A DNA stretch of 64,000 bases from Patescibacteria group bacterium (lineage in GTDB: Bacteria > Patescibacteriota > Microgenomatia > UBA1400 > PJMF01), in assembly GCA_049322655.1 (NCBI GenBank), contig JBMORP010000002.1:107714-171713 (forward strand), written 5' to 3'. Position 1 is the first letter of the stretch, and every line of letters starts with the position of its first letter. Position numbers and translations under genes: made by a program. This document shows, piece after piece, positions 41,376 to 51,781 of the stretch. The notes beneath the pieces were generated by a model. The model was not told the DNA's origin. It saw nothing but the letters and a program-made list of their open reading frames with translations, and made no database searches.

Positions 41376-44051
41376 ATGAACGAAGAGACTAAGTTGCCAG
41401 AAACAGCAGAATTAAATGGTGAATCCATGATTGGGACTATCGAGGAAACTCGATTTGGTAAGGTTAAACACACCTCGATTGTTGATGAAATGGAAAAGTC
41501 TTACCTAGACTATGCCATGAGTGTCATTGTTTCAAGAGCCCTACCAGATGTTAGAGATGGCATGAAACCTGTTCATCGTCGTATTCTTTATTCCATGTAT
41601 AAAAGTGGGATTCATCACAACACCCCTTATAAAAAATCTGCTCGTATTGTTGGTGATGTCTTGGGTAAATACCACCCCCATGGTGATTCATCTGTTTATA
41701 TGGCCATGGTTCGGCTGGCTCAAGACTTCAGCATGCGCTACCCACTAGTTGATGGCCAAGGTAACTTTGGTTCTGTTGATGGTGATAGCCCAGCTGCCAT
41801 GCGTTATACCGAAGCGAGATCCGCCAAGATTTCTCAAGAACTACTGGCTGATATCAACAAAAATACGGTTCCTTTTGTGGAGAATTTTGATGGCTCACTG
41901 ACCGAACCAGCTGTTTTACCAACCAGATTACCCAATCTCTTATTGATGGGTTCAGAGGGGATTGCTGTTGGTATGGCTACCAAAATCCCACCCCACAACT
42001 TAACTGAGGTGAGTAACGCCGTGATTGCTATGATCAAAGAGGGCAAATCAGAGGTCGAAAAACAAATTATTACTGAACAAGAAATCAATAAAAAAGGTGA
42101 CTTAGCTAATAATGAAGCGATCGATAAAGTGTTAGCCACCAAACCAGAAGAGTTGGCTGGAGATTTTTCCAGTGAAATTGAGTTTGAAACTCTGATGACT
42201 CATGTCCAAGGTCCAGACTTTCCAACTGCTGGGATCATGTATGATTTCAACTCCATCAAAGATGGCTACCGAACTGGTCGAGGTAGAGTCGTAGTCAGAG
42301 CCAAGGCAAACATTGAAGAAGAAAAAAAGGGTGGCTACAACATTGTTGTTACTGAGCTCCCTTATCAAGTCAACAAAGCCAGAATGTTAATGAAGATTGC
42401 TGACTTGGTCAAAGACAAAAGAATCGAAGGTATTAAAAACTTAAGAGATGAATCTGATCGAGTCGGAATGAGAGTAGTGATTGAGTTGAAAAGAGATGCT
42501 CGCCCCAAAGTGGTGCTTAACAAACTCTTTAAATATTCAGAACTTCAAACTACTTTTTCGATGAATATGGTGGCGTTGGATAGTGAAGGTACGCCTCAGT
42601 TGATGAACCTCAGACAAATCTTGAGAGAATATATTGTCCACCGTCAATTAGTAGTGGTTCGTCGTTCTCAGTATGAACTGGCTGAAGCCAGAGACAGAGC
42701 TCATATTTTGGAAGGCTTATTAATTGCTCTTAAAAATCTTGATGAAGTCATTGAGACAATTAGAAGATCAAAAGATACAGACACGGCGCGTGAAGCTTTA
42801 ATGAAAAAATTTGGTCTAAGTGAAAAACAAGCTGTTGCAATCTTAGAGATGCAACTTAAACGCTTGGCTGCTTTGGAAAGACAAAAAATCGAGGATGAAT
42901 ACAAAGCAATTAAAGAGAAGATGGATAGTTTATTAAAGTTACTGATTTCTCCTCAAGATATTTTAGATGTTCTTATCAAAGAAACTGAGGAAACAATTGA
43001 GCTTTATGGTGATGAAAGACGAACCAAGCTAGTCAAAGGGAAAGTTGGTGAGTTTAGTGAAGAAGATTTGGTAGCTAATGAAGTAGTTGTCGTCACTTTA
43101 ACTGAAAGTGGCTATGTTAAAAGAATGAGCCCCAGTGCACTACGATCTCAATCTAGAGGTGGTAAAGGTAGTTCTGGCCTCAAAATGAAAGAGGAAGATG
43201 TCTTGCAAGCGGTAGTTAGTTGTGAAACACATGACAATCTTTTGATGTTTACTAATCAAGGTCGAGTTTTTAAGATGAGAGCTTTTGAATTACCAGAAGC
43301 TTCTAGACAAGCAAAGGGGACAGCAATTGTTAACTTGCTTAATCTTAAACCAGAGGAAAATATTAAATCAATCTTGGTAGTTGACCAAGAAGAAGATCAA
43401 GATAAATTTATTACTTTAGCCACGAGAAATGGCCTAGTAAAAAAGAGTGCTGTTAAGCTTTTTGATAACATTCGTCAAAACGGCATTGTGGCGATCATTC
43501 TTAACGATGATGATGAACTGTCTTGGGGGAGAGTCACTTCTGGCCATGACCACATTATGTTAATCACTCACCAAGGCAAATCAATTAGATTCTCTGAAGA
43601 AGAAGTTAAGTCATCTCAACGTGATACCAAAGGTGTCAAAGGAATCACTCTTAAAAAAGGTGACTACGTTGTTGGAGTAGAGGCTTTTGCCAACGATGAT
43701 AACTATACGAGTAAGACTGCTTTACTCCTAGTAACTGAAAAGGGTCTTGGCAAAAGAACCAACCTAGATCAGTACCCCGTACAAAAGAGGTCAGGACTTG
43801 GAGTAAAAGTATCAGAAATTACCAAAAAAACCGGTAACGTTGCCACAGCTAGAATTATTGAGGATTCACATAAAGATGTGGTAATTAGTACTAGAGAAGG
43901 TCAAACTATTCGCTTACCAATCAGTAAGAAATCTATTCCTTCTTTAACTAGACCAACCCAAGGTGTAATTCTAATGAAGCTGAAACCAACTGACTCAGTG
44001 GTCTCTGTTGCTCTAACCGGGGAACTTGAAAAAGAAGAGGAAAAGACCTAA
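41376..44051 (+). CDS. gyrA: DNA gyrase subunit A (with an insertion of about 35 aa before GPDFPT)
   Basis: [28 protein letters not shown]-terminal beta-pinwheel repeats. Confidence 0.95.
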   Translation: MNEETKLPETAELNGESMIGTIEETRFGKVKHTSIVDEMEKSYLDYAMSVIVSRALPDVRDGMKPVHRRILYSMYKSGIHHNTPYKKSARIVGDVLGKYHPHGDSSVYMAMVRLAQDFSMRYPLVDGQGNFGSVDGDSPAAMRYTEARSAKISQELLADINKNTVPFVENFDGSLTEPAVLPTRLPNLLLMGSEGIAVGMATKIPPHNLTEVSNAVIAMIKEGKSEVEKQIITEQEINKKGDLANNEAIDKVLATKPEELAGDFSSEIEFETLMTHVQGPDFPTAGIMYDFNSIKDGYRTGRGRVVVRAKANIEEEKKGGYNIVVTELPYQVNKARMLMKIADLVKDKRIEGIKNLRDESDRVGMRVVIELKRDARPKVVLNKLFKYSELQTTFSMNMVALDSEGTPQLMNLRQILREYIVHRQLVVVRRSQYELAEARDRAHILEGLLIALKNLDEVIETIRRSKDTDTAREALMKKFGLSEKQAVAILEMQLKRLAALERQKIEDEYKAIKEKMDSLLKLLISPQDILDVLIKETEETIELYGDERRTKLVKGKVGEFSEEDLVANEVVVVTLTESGYVKRMSPSALRSQSRGGKGSSGLKMKEEDVLQAVVSCETHDNLLMFTNQGRVFKMRAFELPEASRQAKGTAIVNLLNLKPEENIKSILVVDQEEDQDKFITLATRNGLVKKSAVKLFDNIRQNGIVAIILNDDDELSWGRVTSGHDHIMLITHQGKSIRFSEEEVKSSQRDTKGVKGITLKKGDYVVGVEAFANDDNYTSKTALLLVTEKGLGKRTNLDQYPVQKRSGLGVKVSEITKKTGNVATARIIEDSHKDVVISTREGQTIRLPISKKSIPSLTRPTQGVILMKLKPTDSVVSVALTGELEKEEEKT

Positions 44052-44059
44052 ATAAGCTG

Positions 44060-44935
44060 TTGATCATGCCAAAACCAGAGCTCTTGGTTTCTACTGATAT
44101 TGTTGGTGCTTTCGGCAACCCCAATTGGGCCAAAAAACTTTATCCTTTTTTTGCTCAAAATGAACAACTCTCGGTTGAATTGCTTGCTTGGAAATATCTA
44201 GCGCAATATCCACACTTAGTAGAAAAAAATAAGCTTTCAGTCGTCGGCATTCATGGTCCAACTGGATCACCCAAAGATGCTCCATCTTTAATAGAGAAAA
44301 GTAAAGCCGTTATTATCGACCAACTAACAGCTGATTTAGAGTTAGCTTTGAGTGCCAGACCAGAACTTTTTGACCATAGGAAAAGAAACTATTTCTTGGT
44401 TCATGAACCAGAATTGAGAACAAAAGAAAAAATTAGCTTAATAGCCAAGCAACCAATTCAAACGCATGTGTTAGTGGAAAACGTCCTAGATATTGGTTCT
44501 CTTGATAAAACAGTAGAAAAGATTAAATTACTCCAACACCATGATGTCTCGGCTGGAATTATGTTAGATCTAGTCCATTTACTTAAAGAATTAACCCAAT
44601 CTCTAATCACTTTACAAACTTTGGATGTAAAAGTCTTTGATCAAGTCTGGAGAACAACTTTGGCCAAAATTCAAACAACCATTAATGATTTACCAAAATC
44701 AGGTCTTCATATCCCTATTGGGGAAAATGGTGATTCCTTACCTTTGCACTTAATGACTGATCAGCATTGGCAAGATCTAGCTCAAGTAATTGGCTCCTTA
44801 GGAGAAAATATTCAGTGGTTAGTTTTTGAGAACCAACAAAAAAAAGCTTTAGTTACTCATCCTAAAGACTTTGATCAAATAGCTGAGAGAAACAAGAGAA
44901 TTACCGGCCAAATAGCTGAAAATGGCGTCTTTTAA
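44060..44935 (+). CDS. hypothetical protein
   Basis: ORF only. No recognisable motif. Confidence 0.35.
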   Translation: MIMPKPELLVSTDIVGAFGNPNWAKKLYPFFAQNEQLSVELLAWKYLAQYPHLVEKNKLSVVGIHGPTGSPKDAPSLIEKSKAVIIDQLTADLELALSARPELFDHRKRNYFLVHEPELRTKEKISLIAKQPIQTHVLVENVLDIGSLDKTVEKIKLLQHHDVSAGIMLDLVHLLKELTQSLITLQTLDVKVFDQVWRTTLAKIQTTINDLPKSGLHIPIGENGDSLPLHLMTDQHWQDLAQVIGSLGENIQWLVFENQQKKALVTHPKDFDQIAERNKRITGQIAENGVF

Positions 44936-44958
44936 TTTTTTTAATTTTTTAAACTATG

Positions 44959-45032
44959 TGGACCTGAGGGGGCTCGAACCCCTGACCTTCTGTATGCCAT
45001 ACAGACGCGCTAGCCAACTGCGCCACAGGCCC
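44959..45032 (-). tRNA. tRNA-Ala (anticodon GGC)
   Basis: Acceptor stem with a G3:U70 pair (the Ala identity element). Anticodon loop ATGGCAT. Discriminator A73. T-loop TTCGAGC. Confidence 0.85.
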
Positions 45033-45273
45033 AACTTGAGTGCTTTTAATGTAAGAATTGTACCATTTTTAATGACAAAAGCTATATTTATTGTGAGCTA
45101 CCCAAAAAATTGTAGGTTAGTTTAAATAGGGTAGAGGAGCCAAATCACATTTTGGAGGAGTGAAAACCAATTAAATAAATATATCAAAATATTTTTTAAA
45201 TAAAACAATATGTACAAAAACAAACAAAATATATTTAAATGAATAAAAATACAAACTAAAAGAAACTAGATGA

Positions 45274-46224
45274 TCATTTTTGAAGATCTTTATCCAATGA
45301 ATGATATTCTTCGTGAACCTTTCTTAGTTGGGGCCGGGTTACATGGGTATAAATCTGAGTAGTGGCAATATTTTTGTGACCAAGCATTTCCTGGACATCC
45401 CTCAAGCCTGCTCCACTACTCAATAAATCAGTAGCAAAACTATGACGTATGCCATGTGGAGACAACTTAATCGGTAAGTGAGCTCGGCGACTACACTTAT
45501 CAACCAAGCGCTGAACACTTCTGGTTGTTAAGCGCATTTCCTCACCATCTACAAATAAAGCTTCTTTTCTCCCAGAAAAACGAATAAAAACAGGCCGCCA
45601 TTCATCCTCACGAGTGTCTAACCATCTCTGCAACCAGTTGGCAGCTCTTTCACTCAAAAAAACCACTCTTGGCCTACGACCCTTACCAATCACCCCAAAC
45701 TCACGTCTCTTGAGATCGATTTGATCTCGATTAAGTTTGACCAGCTCGCTAACCCGCAGCCCAGTTGAAAACAAGACCTCAAGAATAACTCTATCTCTTA
45801 AACCTTTTGGCTGAGAGATATCTGGCACAGCCATCAAGCTTTCAATCTTTTCAGCACTAACAAACTTCATTGGCGTAGACTCACCCTTGGGTAACTCAAT
45901 TTTCTCTGGATGAAGCACTTCAATATCATTTTTAACCAACCATTTAAACCAAGAACGTAAAGCAATAATGTGATAACCCTGAGTCTTTTTGGACAGGGTT
46001 CGGCCAACTTCATCAACATATCTGGCCAAAAAGACTCGATATTTTCTCAAAATTTCACGATCAAGTTCTTTTAAATCTCGATGTCCTTTGCCAGTAAACC
46101 AATCATTAAACCTTCTTAAGTAGTGGCCATAATTTCTAATGGTCAAGTTACTAAGGTTTTTTTCTACTTCTAATGATTCCAAAAAATTAAGTAATGCTTT
46201 TTCTGGAACAGTTGATATTGCCAT
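45274..46224 (-). CDS. tyrosine site-specific recombinase, XerC/XerD type
   Basis: C-terminal HGIRHSFATDLL...LGHKNIATTQIYTHV with the catalytic Tyr. N-terminal SAM-like domain. Confidence 0.8.
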   Translation of the reverse strand: MAISTVPEKALLNFLESLEVEKNLSNLTIRNYGHYLRRFNDWFTGKGHRDLKELDREILRKYRVFLARYVDEVGRTLSKKTQGYHIIALRSWFKWLVKNDIEVLHPEKIELPKGESTPMKFVSAEKIESLMAVPDISQPKGLRDRVILEVLFSTGLRVSELVKLNRDQIDLKRREFGVIGKGRRPRVVFLSERAANWLQRWLDTREDEWRPVFIRFSGRKEALFVDGEEMRLTTRSVQRLVDKCSRRAHLPIKLSPHGIRHSFATDLLSSGAGLRDVQEMLGHKNIATTQIYTHVTRPQLRKVHEEYHSLDKDLQK

Positions 46225-46329
46225 AAATCTAGTTATACCGCAAAGCTTTATAAACAGCGAGATAGGTTTGCTAATTTTTAGAATCTTCTTTAGAATAAGG
46301 TTAATAACCTGCCTAGCAATTCACTAAAA

Positions 46330-48070
46330 GTGAAATTTAAAATTTCGCTAATTGGTTGTTTTTTTTAAAAAAATGTATTTTCCCAATAAGTCATAAACTC
46401 AAGATACTATGAGTCATTAGCAGAGAATATCAATTACTGCTAATAAGCATATTTACCAAAATAGCTTGATCTATCAAATATTATTCACTGATATACTCTG
46501 ATGCTCTTTAGCAGAACAACGTATAGTGATTTTACTAAAAAGGATCTTGACTAAACCTTGAGGAGAACTTTAAAGCCAACTAACAATATTTTCCAAAGCT
46601 AATTCTCTAATTAACCAGCAACTAAAATCAACTTAATTTTTAGTCAGAGTTATTTAAATCAGTTTAACTTTTAGGTATCTAAAAATTTATTTAAATTGAA
46701 AAATCATGATTAATGTTAAAAACAATAAATGATTAATTAATTTTTAATTTTTTTTAGATTTTAAAAAAGTAACTTGTTAATAAACCAACAGAAATTAATA
46801 AATTAATTATTAAGAACACTTGTCCAAAAAAAATCCTGCTAAACAATTAAAAACATTTATGTTATTTGCTAATTAGTTTTACCAACCAACTTTAGTTGAT
46901 TTTACTAAACTATGCAAAAACTAAGCCTTTTAAACAGCCCAAAAACGGCTTTTTTTGGCAAAGACGACTAATCCATCATCATCAGAAATTAACTTGATAT
47001 ATCAATTTAAAAATCCTTTTAAGTCCAAAATGTTTTTCTAAAAACCAGCAGAAAAATTTTAAAATAAAAGGTCGTAAATTATCACAAAAATAACCGACAT
47101 AAATTAAACAGCTAATAAATAGAGCAATAAGTAATAAAAATGAATAACTAAAAAAGACTGATATATAAATTAATTATCCATTATTAACAATCTGTAAGAA
47201 AAAATACTAGAAAACTACCAATCAATTTGTTCTGTGGCTTATGTCGTAAAAGTTATATTGTGCGACATAATCTTTGTTGGTGATTTGAACACATAAATTG
47301 GAAAGAGGGAGTGCCTCTCTCACTCCGCTCTGTTTTTATTTTTTTCTTTTAGTTAATGAAATATTTGAAGTTTTTATTACTACTATCTCGTAACCACTAG
47401 TCAAAAAACCATTTTCGACCTTTCAAAAGCTCATTCGGGTTTTATTTTGCTACTCCCCAAAACCAGGCTAAAACCAAATTTTTCTTATTTTTCTGGTAGC
47501 AGGCTATATTTATCACTCTACTCGAGAAAATATGCCTGAACATTTTGTACCCAATTGGGACCATTAGCCTGGAATTATTCTTGCAGAATTATGGCTTTAT
47601 CTGAACAGAAAACTATAACATAGTATATCATCAACCCGAGTGATAACTGCCCAACCTACAACAAGATCCTATAACTTTTTCACGGGAAAGCCTATAGTTT
47701 TCCACAATTTTAATAATATATCAAACTATATCACTCTTCCCTGTTTTAGCCTGGCAATCTACTCCGTTTTCTCTTGGGTCTCTTCCCTATTTTTTTAATA
47801 AATATTTTTTTAAACTTAATAAAATTTTATTTTTACTAACCAAAAATAACTATTTTAAAGCCTGGTAAAGTTCAAATTTAATACTATTCGAAAACTTCTA
47901 AGACTATTACTCTGGTTTTACTCAAGTACTCTCTCCTGCTCTGTTTAAAAATTTTAGCCTGGTATCCAGGCTAAAAAATGCAACCACTAGCTCAAAAACA
48001 ACACTTTGCACACAATCTTAAATCACATTGAGTGTCTTGGAGGATCTAAACTTAAATTATTAGCACTTAA
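46330..48070. other. 1.8-kb AT-rich gene-free region containing a repeated TTAGCCTGG motif, palindromes and an internal plus-strand terminator
   Basis: No ORF longer than 60 aa in any frame. Low GC. See findings. Confidence 0.5.
47304..47345 (+). terminator. strong intrinsic terminator inside the gene-free region
   Basis: AGAGGGAGTG-cctctct-CACTCCgCTCT followed by GTTTTTATTTTTTT. Confidence 0.45.
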
Positions 48071-48074
48071 ACAA

Positions 48075-48842
48075 TTACTTCCATGGTAAGAGAATAAAAA
48101 AGATAAAACCAAGCAAAACCGCCACCAAACTATATTCATTGGCAGTGTTATGAAAAAGTCTCTCCCTAATTTGGCTTTGTAATACCCCCAGACCAATATA
48201 AAACACGCCCATGACGAATAATGCACCATGCCAAGCTGGCAGGGGTAACAGTGATAGTAGTGCCATCAGTTCAACTAAAACAATGGTTAACAAAACAGTC
48301 TTTTCTAAAATTGCTTTGCTCACAAATGGCTCTAACTTAACTGACCATAAACTCATCATCACTAAAGGAAAGTGAACTAGGCCTCCAAGCAGTGCATTGC
48401 TATAAAAAGGCATTCTTAACGAGAAGATGGTGTTGGTCAGAAGCATTGAAGTAAAAAGGGTAAAAAACAAGCCTACAGCATGAGCAGCGTAAATAAGTTG
48501 GATAGTTCTTCCTTTGGCCACCGAATAAATATTACTAGTCAAATATAAAGCGTACATACCTACTCCAAATAAAATCAAAAAGAAAATTCTTGTTAAAAAA
48601 GCCGTTGGCAGCAAGAAATAGAATAAAGCCACCGCTGCGGTATAAATTACCGGAAATGGCAAAATCGTTAACCATTCATGTGGCTGGAGATCATCTTTGA
48701 GTGCCCAAGCCGAAGCGAAATAAGTAACCACCATTAAGCCAGCAATAGCATAATAACGCCAATCGAGGCTGGTGTACTGAACTAAAGATAAACCAATACT
48801 CAAAACAACTGCTGCTAAAACAAATTTTTCTCTTCTTCTCAT
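48075..48842 (-). CDS. hypothetical polytopic membrane protein
   Basis: About 8 hydrophobic helices. No motif recognised. Confidence 0.4.
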   Translation of the reverse strand: MRRREKFVLAAVVLSIGLSLVQYTSLDWRYYAIAGLMVVTYFASAWALKDDLQPHEWLTILPFPVIYTAAVALFYFLLPTAFLTRIFFLILFGVGMYALYLTSNIYSVAKGRTIQLIYAAHAVGLFFTLFTSMLLTNTIFSLRMPFYSNALLGGLVHFPLVMMSLWSVKLEPFVSKAILEKTVLLTIVLVELMALLSLLPLPAWHGALFVMGVFYIGLGVLQSQIRERLFHNTANEYSLVAVLLGFIFFILLPWK

Positions 48843-48857
48843 AACCTAACTAGATTA

Positions 48858-49418
48858 TTACTCTTTACCTTCCCATTCACCACTGCAAAATACATCTTCA
48901 ACATCTTCGTTTTCTCTGAGTTCATCCATCAAACTTTGTAAAGCTTGCTGTTGAGTTCTATCAGCTACTTGAAAAGGAATCTGCACACTATAACCACCAT
49001 CATGATTTCTAGTAAAGAGGTACATTGCTGAGCCAGGAGCTCCAATTGAACCTCCTGCCTTAGAAAAGATACTTTTAATTTCTGAAGTGGTTCTGTTGGT
49101 GTTATCAGAAAAAGTCATAACCAACATGCCAACTCCACCAGGACCAAAACCTTCATACACTATTTCTTTTACTTCTCTACCATTGCCTTTACCCAAACCG
49201 GCATCAATCGCTTTTTGGATTTTTTCTTTAGGCATGTTTTCTGCTCTAGCCTTATCTAAAATTGTCCTTAAACTAGGATTTGCTTGAGGATCACCAGATT
49301 TACCTTCTTTAACAGCAGACCTGATTAAACGAGCCATTTCGCCAAAGATTTTTGATTTTTGGGCATCAACAGCTCCTTTTCTTTTTTTGATGTTATTCCA
49401 TTTACTGTGACCAGCCAT
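48858..49418 (-). CDS. YebC/PmpR family DNA-binding transcriptional regulator. Start taken at the internal ATG with an AAAGGA Shine-Dalgarno-like sequence.
   Basis: MAGHSKWNNIKKRKGAVDAQKSKIF N-terminus. Confidence 0.85.
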   Translation of the reverse strand: MAGHSKWNNIKKRKGAVDAQKSKIFGEMARLIRSAVKEGKSGDPQANPSLRTILDKARAENMPKEKIQKAIDAGLGKGNGREVKEIVYEGFGPGGVGMLVMTFSDNTNRTTSEIKSIFSKAGGSIGAPGSAMYLFTRNHDGGYSVQIPFQVADRTQQQALQSLMDELRENEDVEDVFCSGEWEGKE

Positions 49419-49458
49419 AAGAATTCCTTTCCCCTGAATTGTATGTGACAGATTATCG

Positions 49459-49487
49459 CTTGACAATATTGGCCTCAGCCAGTATTC
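49459..49487 (+). promoter_or_regulatory. sigma70-type promoter TTGACA-17-TATTCT
   Basis: Upstream of the TPR gene. Shine-Dalgarno-like AAGGGATGG before ATG 49526. Confidence 0.4.
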
Positions 49488-49525
49488 TTTCACGCAGTTT
49501 TTTAACGAGAAAAAGGGATGGATTT

Positions 49526-50284
49526 ATGAAAAAATACGCCGCTTTAGTCCAAGAGGCAATTAGCGCTGCTAAAAATCAAGATTGGCAGTCTGCCATCGAG
49601 TTAAATACTGAAATTATTGACCGAAACACCAATGACATCGGTGCTTACAATCGCTTGGGTCTTGCTTTGATTCAGCTAGATAAAACCAAAGAAGCCAAAG
49701 CAGCCTTTGAAACCGTACTGGCTAAAGATAAATCCAATATTATAGCCAAAAAACATTTAACCAACCTTAAAAACAAACAAAGAACAAATGTTTCTGTTTC
49801 TCAAGTTTATTTTATTGAAGAACCAGGAAAAACCAAAATTACCGAACTTCATCGTTTAACTAGAAAAGATTTTTTGAGTACTTTGCGAGTTGGTCAAAAA
49901 TGCCAATTAAACTCTAAAGGCAAACATATCTCTGTTGAAACTGAAGATGGCAAATATGTTGGCTCATTACCAGATGATTTATCTTTTAGACTTTGCAAAC
50001 TAATTAGTCGAGGCAATGAATACGAATGTTTGATTCATTCTTTTGCAGAAGCTAGCTGTTCGATTCACCTTAGAGAAGAAAAAACCTCTGCCAAAAACAA
50101 ACATATTCTCTCTTTCCCGGTGGGTAAGATTTCGGCTACCAAAAATTCTCCACTAGAAGAAGAATTGCTCATTGAAGACGATATTCCTCTTGATTTGGAG
50201 GATGAGGAAGAAGAATCTTCTGGCAACAAAGCTGACGATTTCGAAACTACCTTAGAAAAAATTAATAAGGGTGAAGAAATTTAA
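49526..50284 (+). CDS. TPR-repeat protein with an acidic C-terminal tail
   Basis: TPR-like helices (GAYNRLGLALIQLDKTKEAKAAFETVL). DLEDEEEESSG tail. Confidence 0.5.
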   Translation: MKKYAALVQEAISAAKNQDWQSAIELNTEIIDRNTNDIGAYNRLGLALIQLDKTKEAKAAFETVLAKDKSNIIAKKHLTNLKNKQRTNVSVSQVYFIEEPGKTKITELHRLTRKDFLSTLRVGQKCQLNSKGKHISVETEDGKYVGSLPDDLSFRLCKLISRGNEYECLIHSFAEASCSIHLREEKTSAKNKHILSFPVGKISATKNSPLEEELLIEDDIPLDLEDEEEESSGNKADDFETTLEKINKGEEI

Positions 50285-50290
50285 GCCTGT

Positions 50291-51205
50291 TTATTTCATA
50301 TCTTCACCAAGTTTGACAACCAAATCTGCTCTATAACGATTGGTAATTCCATCGTCTAGTTTCAAAGTCGCTTCTCCTGGCAAAAGCTTGCTAATTTTAG
50401 TTTGGACTCGTTGACAATGTTGTTGACTAGTTTTGTCGGTACTTACAACTAATTCTGTTTTCTCCAAAGTTTGATCATCGGTAGCTGTTCTAATGACCGA
50501 AAAACCATCAGCACTCAAAACATTTTCTATTTGACCAGCCAAACCATTAACTGAAGTAGTGTTGATTACAGCAATACTACATAAAAATAAAGAAGAATCA
50601 GTCGTGTCTGATCGGGTTTCTAGAGGAAAACTGGTTCTAAGATTATAGAAATTAAACTCAGTCCTGGGATCACTTACCAAAGCCAACCAAGATCCTTTCA
50701 TTATCAATGATCCAGGTAATTGCCAAATGTTTCTGGAAAAAAAGATGCTCTTTAATTCTGTTTTTTGAGTAAAAAATTTGAGTGGTTGGTTAACTGGCCA
50801 AACCTCATCAATCACTCTTCCTAACGAAAAGCTATAAGTCGATCTAACAAAATTGAGTGGTTTTTTTTCTACAGAGGCCAAAAGTGGATACACAGACTGA
50901 AAACGATAGTTACCATAGTCACCCAACTCAATCTCCACTTCGCTGTCTAAAGGATACACTGCCAAAGCTAATGATGAAAAATCAGCTTCTAGTAAGTAAG
51001 CTGTAGATTTATCTGCAGCATTGTAAACAAGTAAAATAGTTTGTTTTTCTTGAGAACGAACAAAATCACCAAAGTGAATACTTTTTAACAAAAAAATAAT
51101 AACTAATATCACTCCGGCTAGAACCATTAGTAAAACAGTCAACTTACTTAATGACTTAGCAGCCACTGGTTTTTTTTTAGGCTTATGAGCAACAAAATCT
51201 TGCAC
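50291..51205 (-). CDS. membrane-anchored protein with a LytR_C-like C-terminal domain
   Basis: N-terminal TM helix. C-terminal CSIAVINTTSVNGLAGQIENVLSADGFSV...DLVVKLGED resembles the LytR C-terminal domain. Confidence 0.4.
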   Translation of the reverse strand: MQDFVAHKPKKKPVAAKSLSKLTVLLMVLAGVILVIIFLLKSIHFGDFVRSQEKQTILLVYNAADKSTAYLLEADFSSLALAVYPLDSEVEIELGDYGNYRFQSVYPLLASVEKKPLNFVRSTYSFSLGRVIDEVWPVNQPLKFFTQKTELKSIFFSRNIWQLPGSLIMKGSWLALVSDPRTEFNFYNLRTSFPLETRSDTTDSSLFLCSIAVINTTSVNGLAGQIENVLSADGFSVIRTATDDQTLEKTELVVSTDKTSQQHCQRVQTKISKLLPGEATLKLDDGITNRYRADLVVKLGEDMK

Positions 51206-51239
51206 TGCCCTATTATTGAAAGAAAACTAGTAAAACGTA

Positions 51240-51273
51240 AAGAGGCGAACCTCTTTGAGAACGTTCGCCTCTT
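51240..51273. terminator. intrinsic terminator after tsf
   Basis: AAGAGGCGAAC...GTTCGCCTCTT hairpin with flanking T-rich sequence. Confidence 0.55.
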
Positions 51274-51298
51274 CAATAATTCTTATTTTGCTATTAAA

Positions 51299-51769
51299 TT
51301 ATTCAGTAATTTCACCACCGACTTCATAACGAACAAATCTTCTAATTTCCATTTTTTCACCAATCTTCCCACTAAGTGACTTCAACATCATGGCAATAGT
51401 CGTACTAGCATCACGAATAAATTCTTGGTCCAAAAGTTCAGTAACATCTACTGGATTCATCGCAGTAACATGCATGGCAATTTCGCGAGCCATGTTTCTG
51501 AATTCATCGTTTTGGGCAACAAAATCTGTCTCACAAACAATCTCAACCAAACTGGCAACTTGACCATTATTATGTACATAACTTGCTACATAACCGGCTT
51601 TAGTTTCTCTATCAGCAGTTTTTTCAGCCCGAGCCAAACCTTTTTCCTCAACAATCTTGATTGCTTTTTGATAATCACCAGCAGCCTCCTCTAAAGCTTT
51701 TTTACAATCCATGATTCTGGCACCAGTTTCTTCTCTTAATTTTTTAATTTCATCCATAGAAATAGCCAT
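51299..51769 (-). CDS. tsf: elongation factor Ts (very short form, 156 aa)
   Basis: N-terminal UBA-like LREETGARIMDCKKALEEA. Core TDFVAQNDEF. Follows rpsB. Confidence 0.85.
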   Translation of the reverse strand: MAISMDEIKKLREETGARIMDCKKALEEAAGDYQKAIKIVEEKGLARAEKTADRETKAGYVASYVHNNGQVASLVEIVCETDFVAQNDEFRNMAREIAMHVTAMNPVDVTELLDQEFIRDASTTIAMMLKSLSGKIGEKMEIRRFVRYEVGGEITE

Positions 51770-51781
51770 AGTTTATCTCCT

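Noticed and set aside
44922-45125. 67-aa ORF
   Set aside because: It overlaps tRNA-Ala on the opposite strand.
46139-46327. 62-aa ORF divergent from the recombinase
   Set aside because: It overlaps the 5' end of the recombinase gene on the other strand, with no Shine-Dalgarno sequence or motif.
46851-46867. Candidate dif site (AAACAT-TTATGTTATTT)
   Set aside because: The right arm resembles the XerD half-site, but the left arm (TAAACAATTAA) does not match XerC-arm consensus. It was left as an unconfirmed possibility inside the terminus finding.
47698-47706. oriC hypothesis for the AT-rich region (DnaA box TTTTCCACA)
   Set aside because: Only one good TTWTNCACA box was found, and no dnaA or dnaN is nearby. 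Flanking essential genes converge on the region rather than diverge from it, which fits a terminus better than an origin.
46330-48070. Considered a CRISPR array or rRNA/large ncRNA gene in the gene-free region
   Set aside because: No regularly spaced direct repeats of 25-40 bp. The base composition is far too AT-rich for rRNA. No RNase P, tmRNA or SRP signature strings were recognised.
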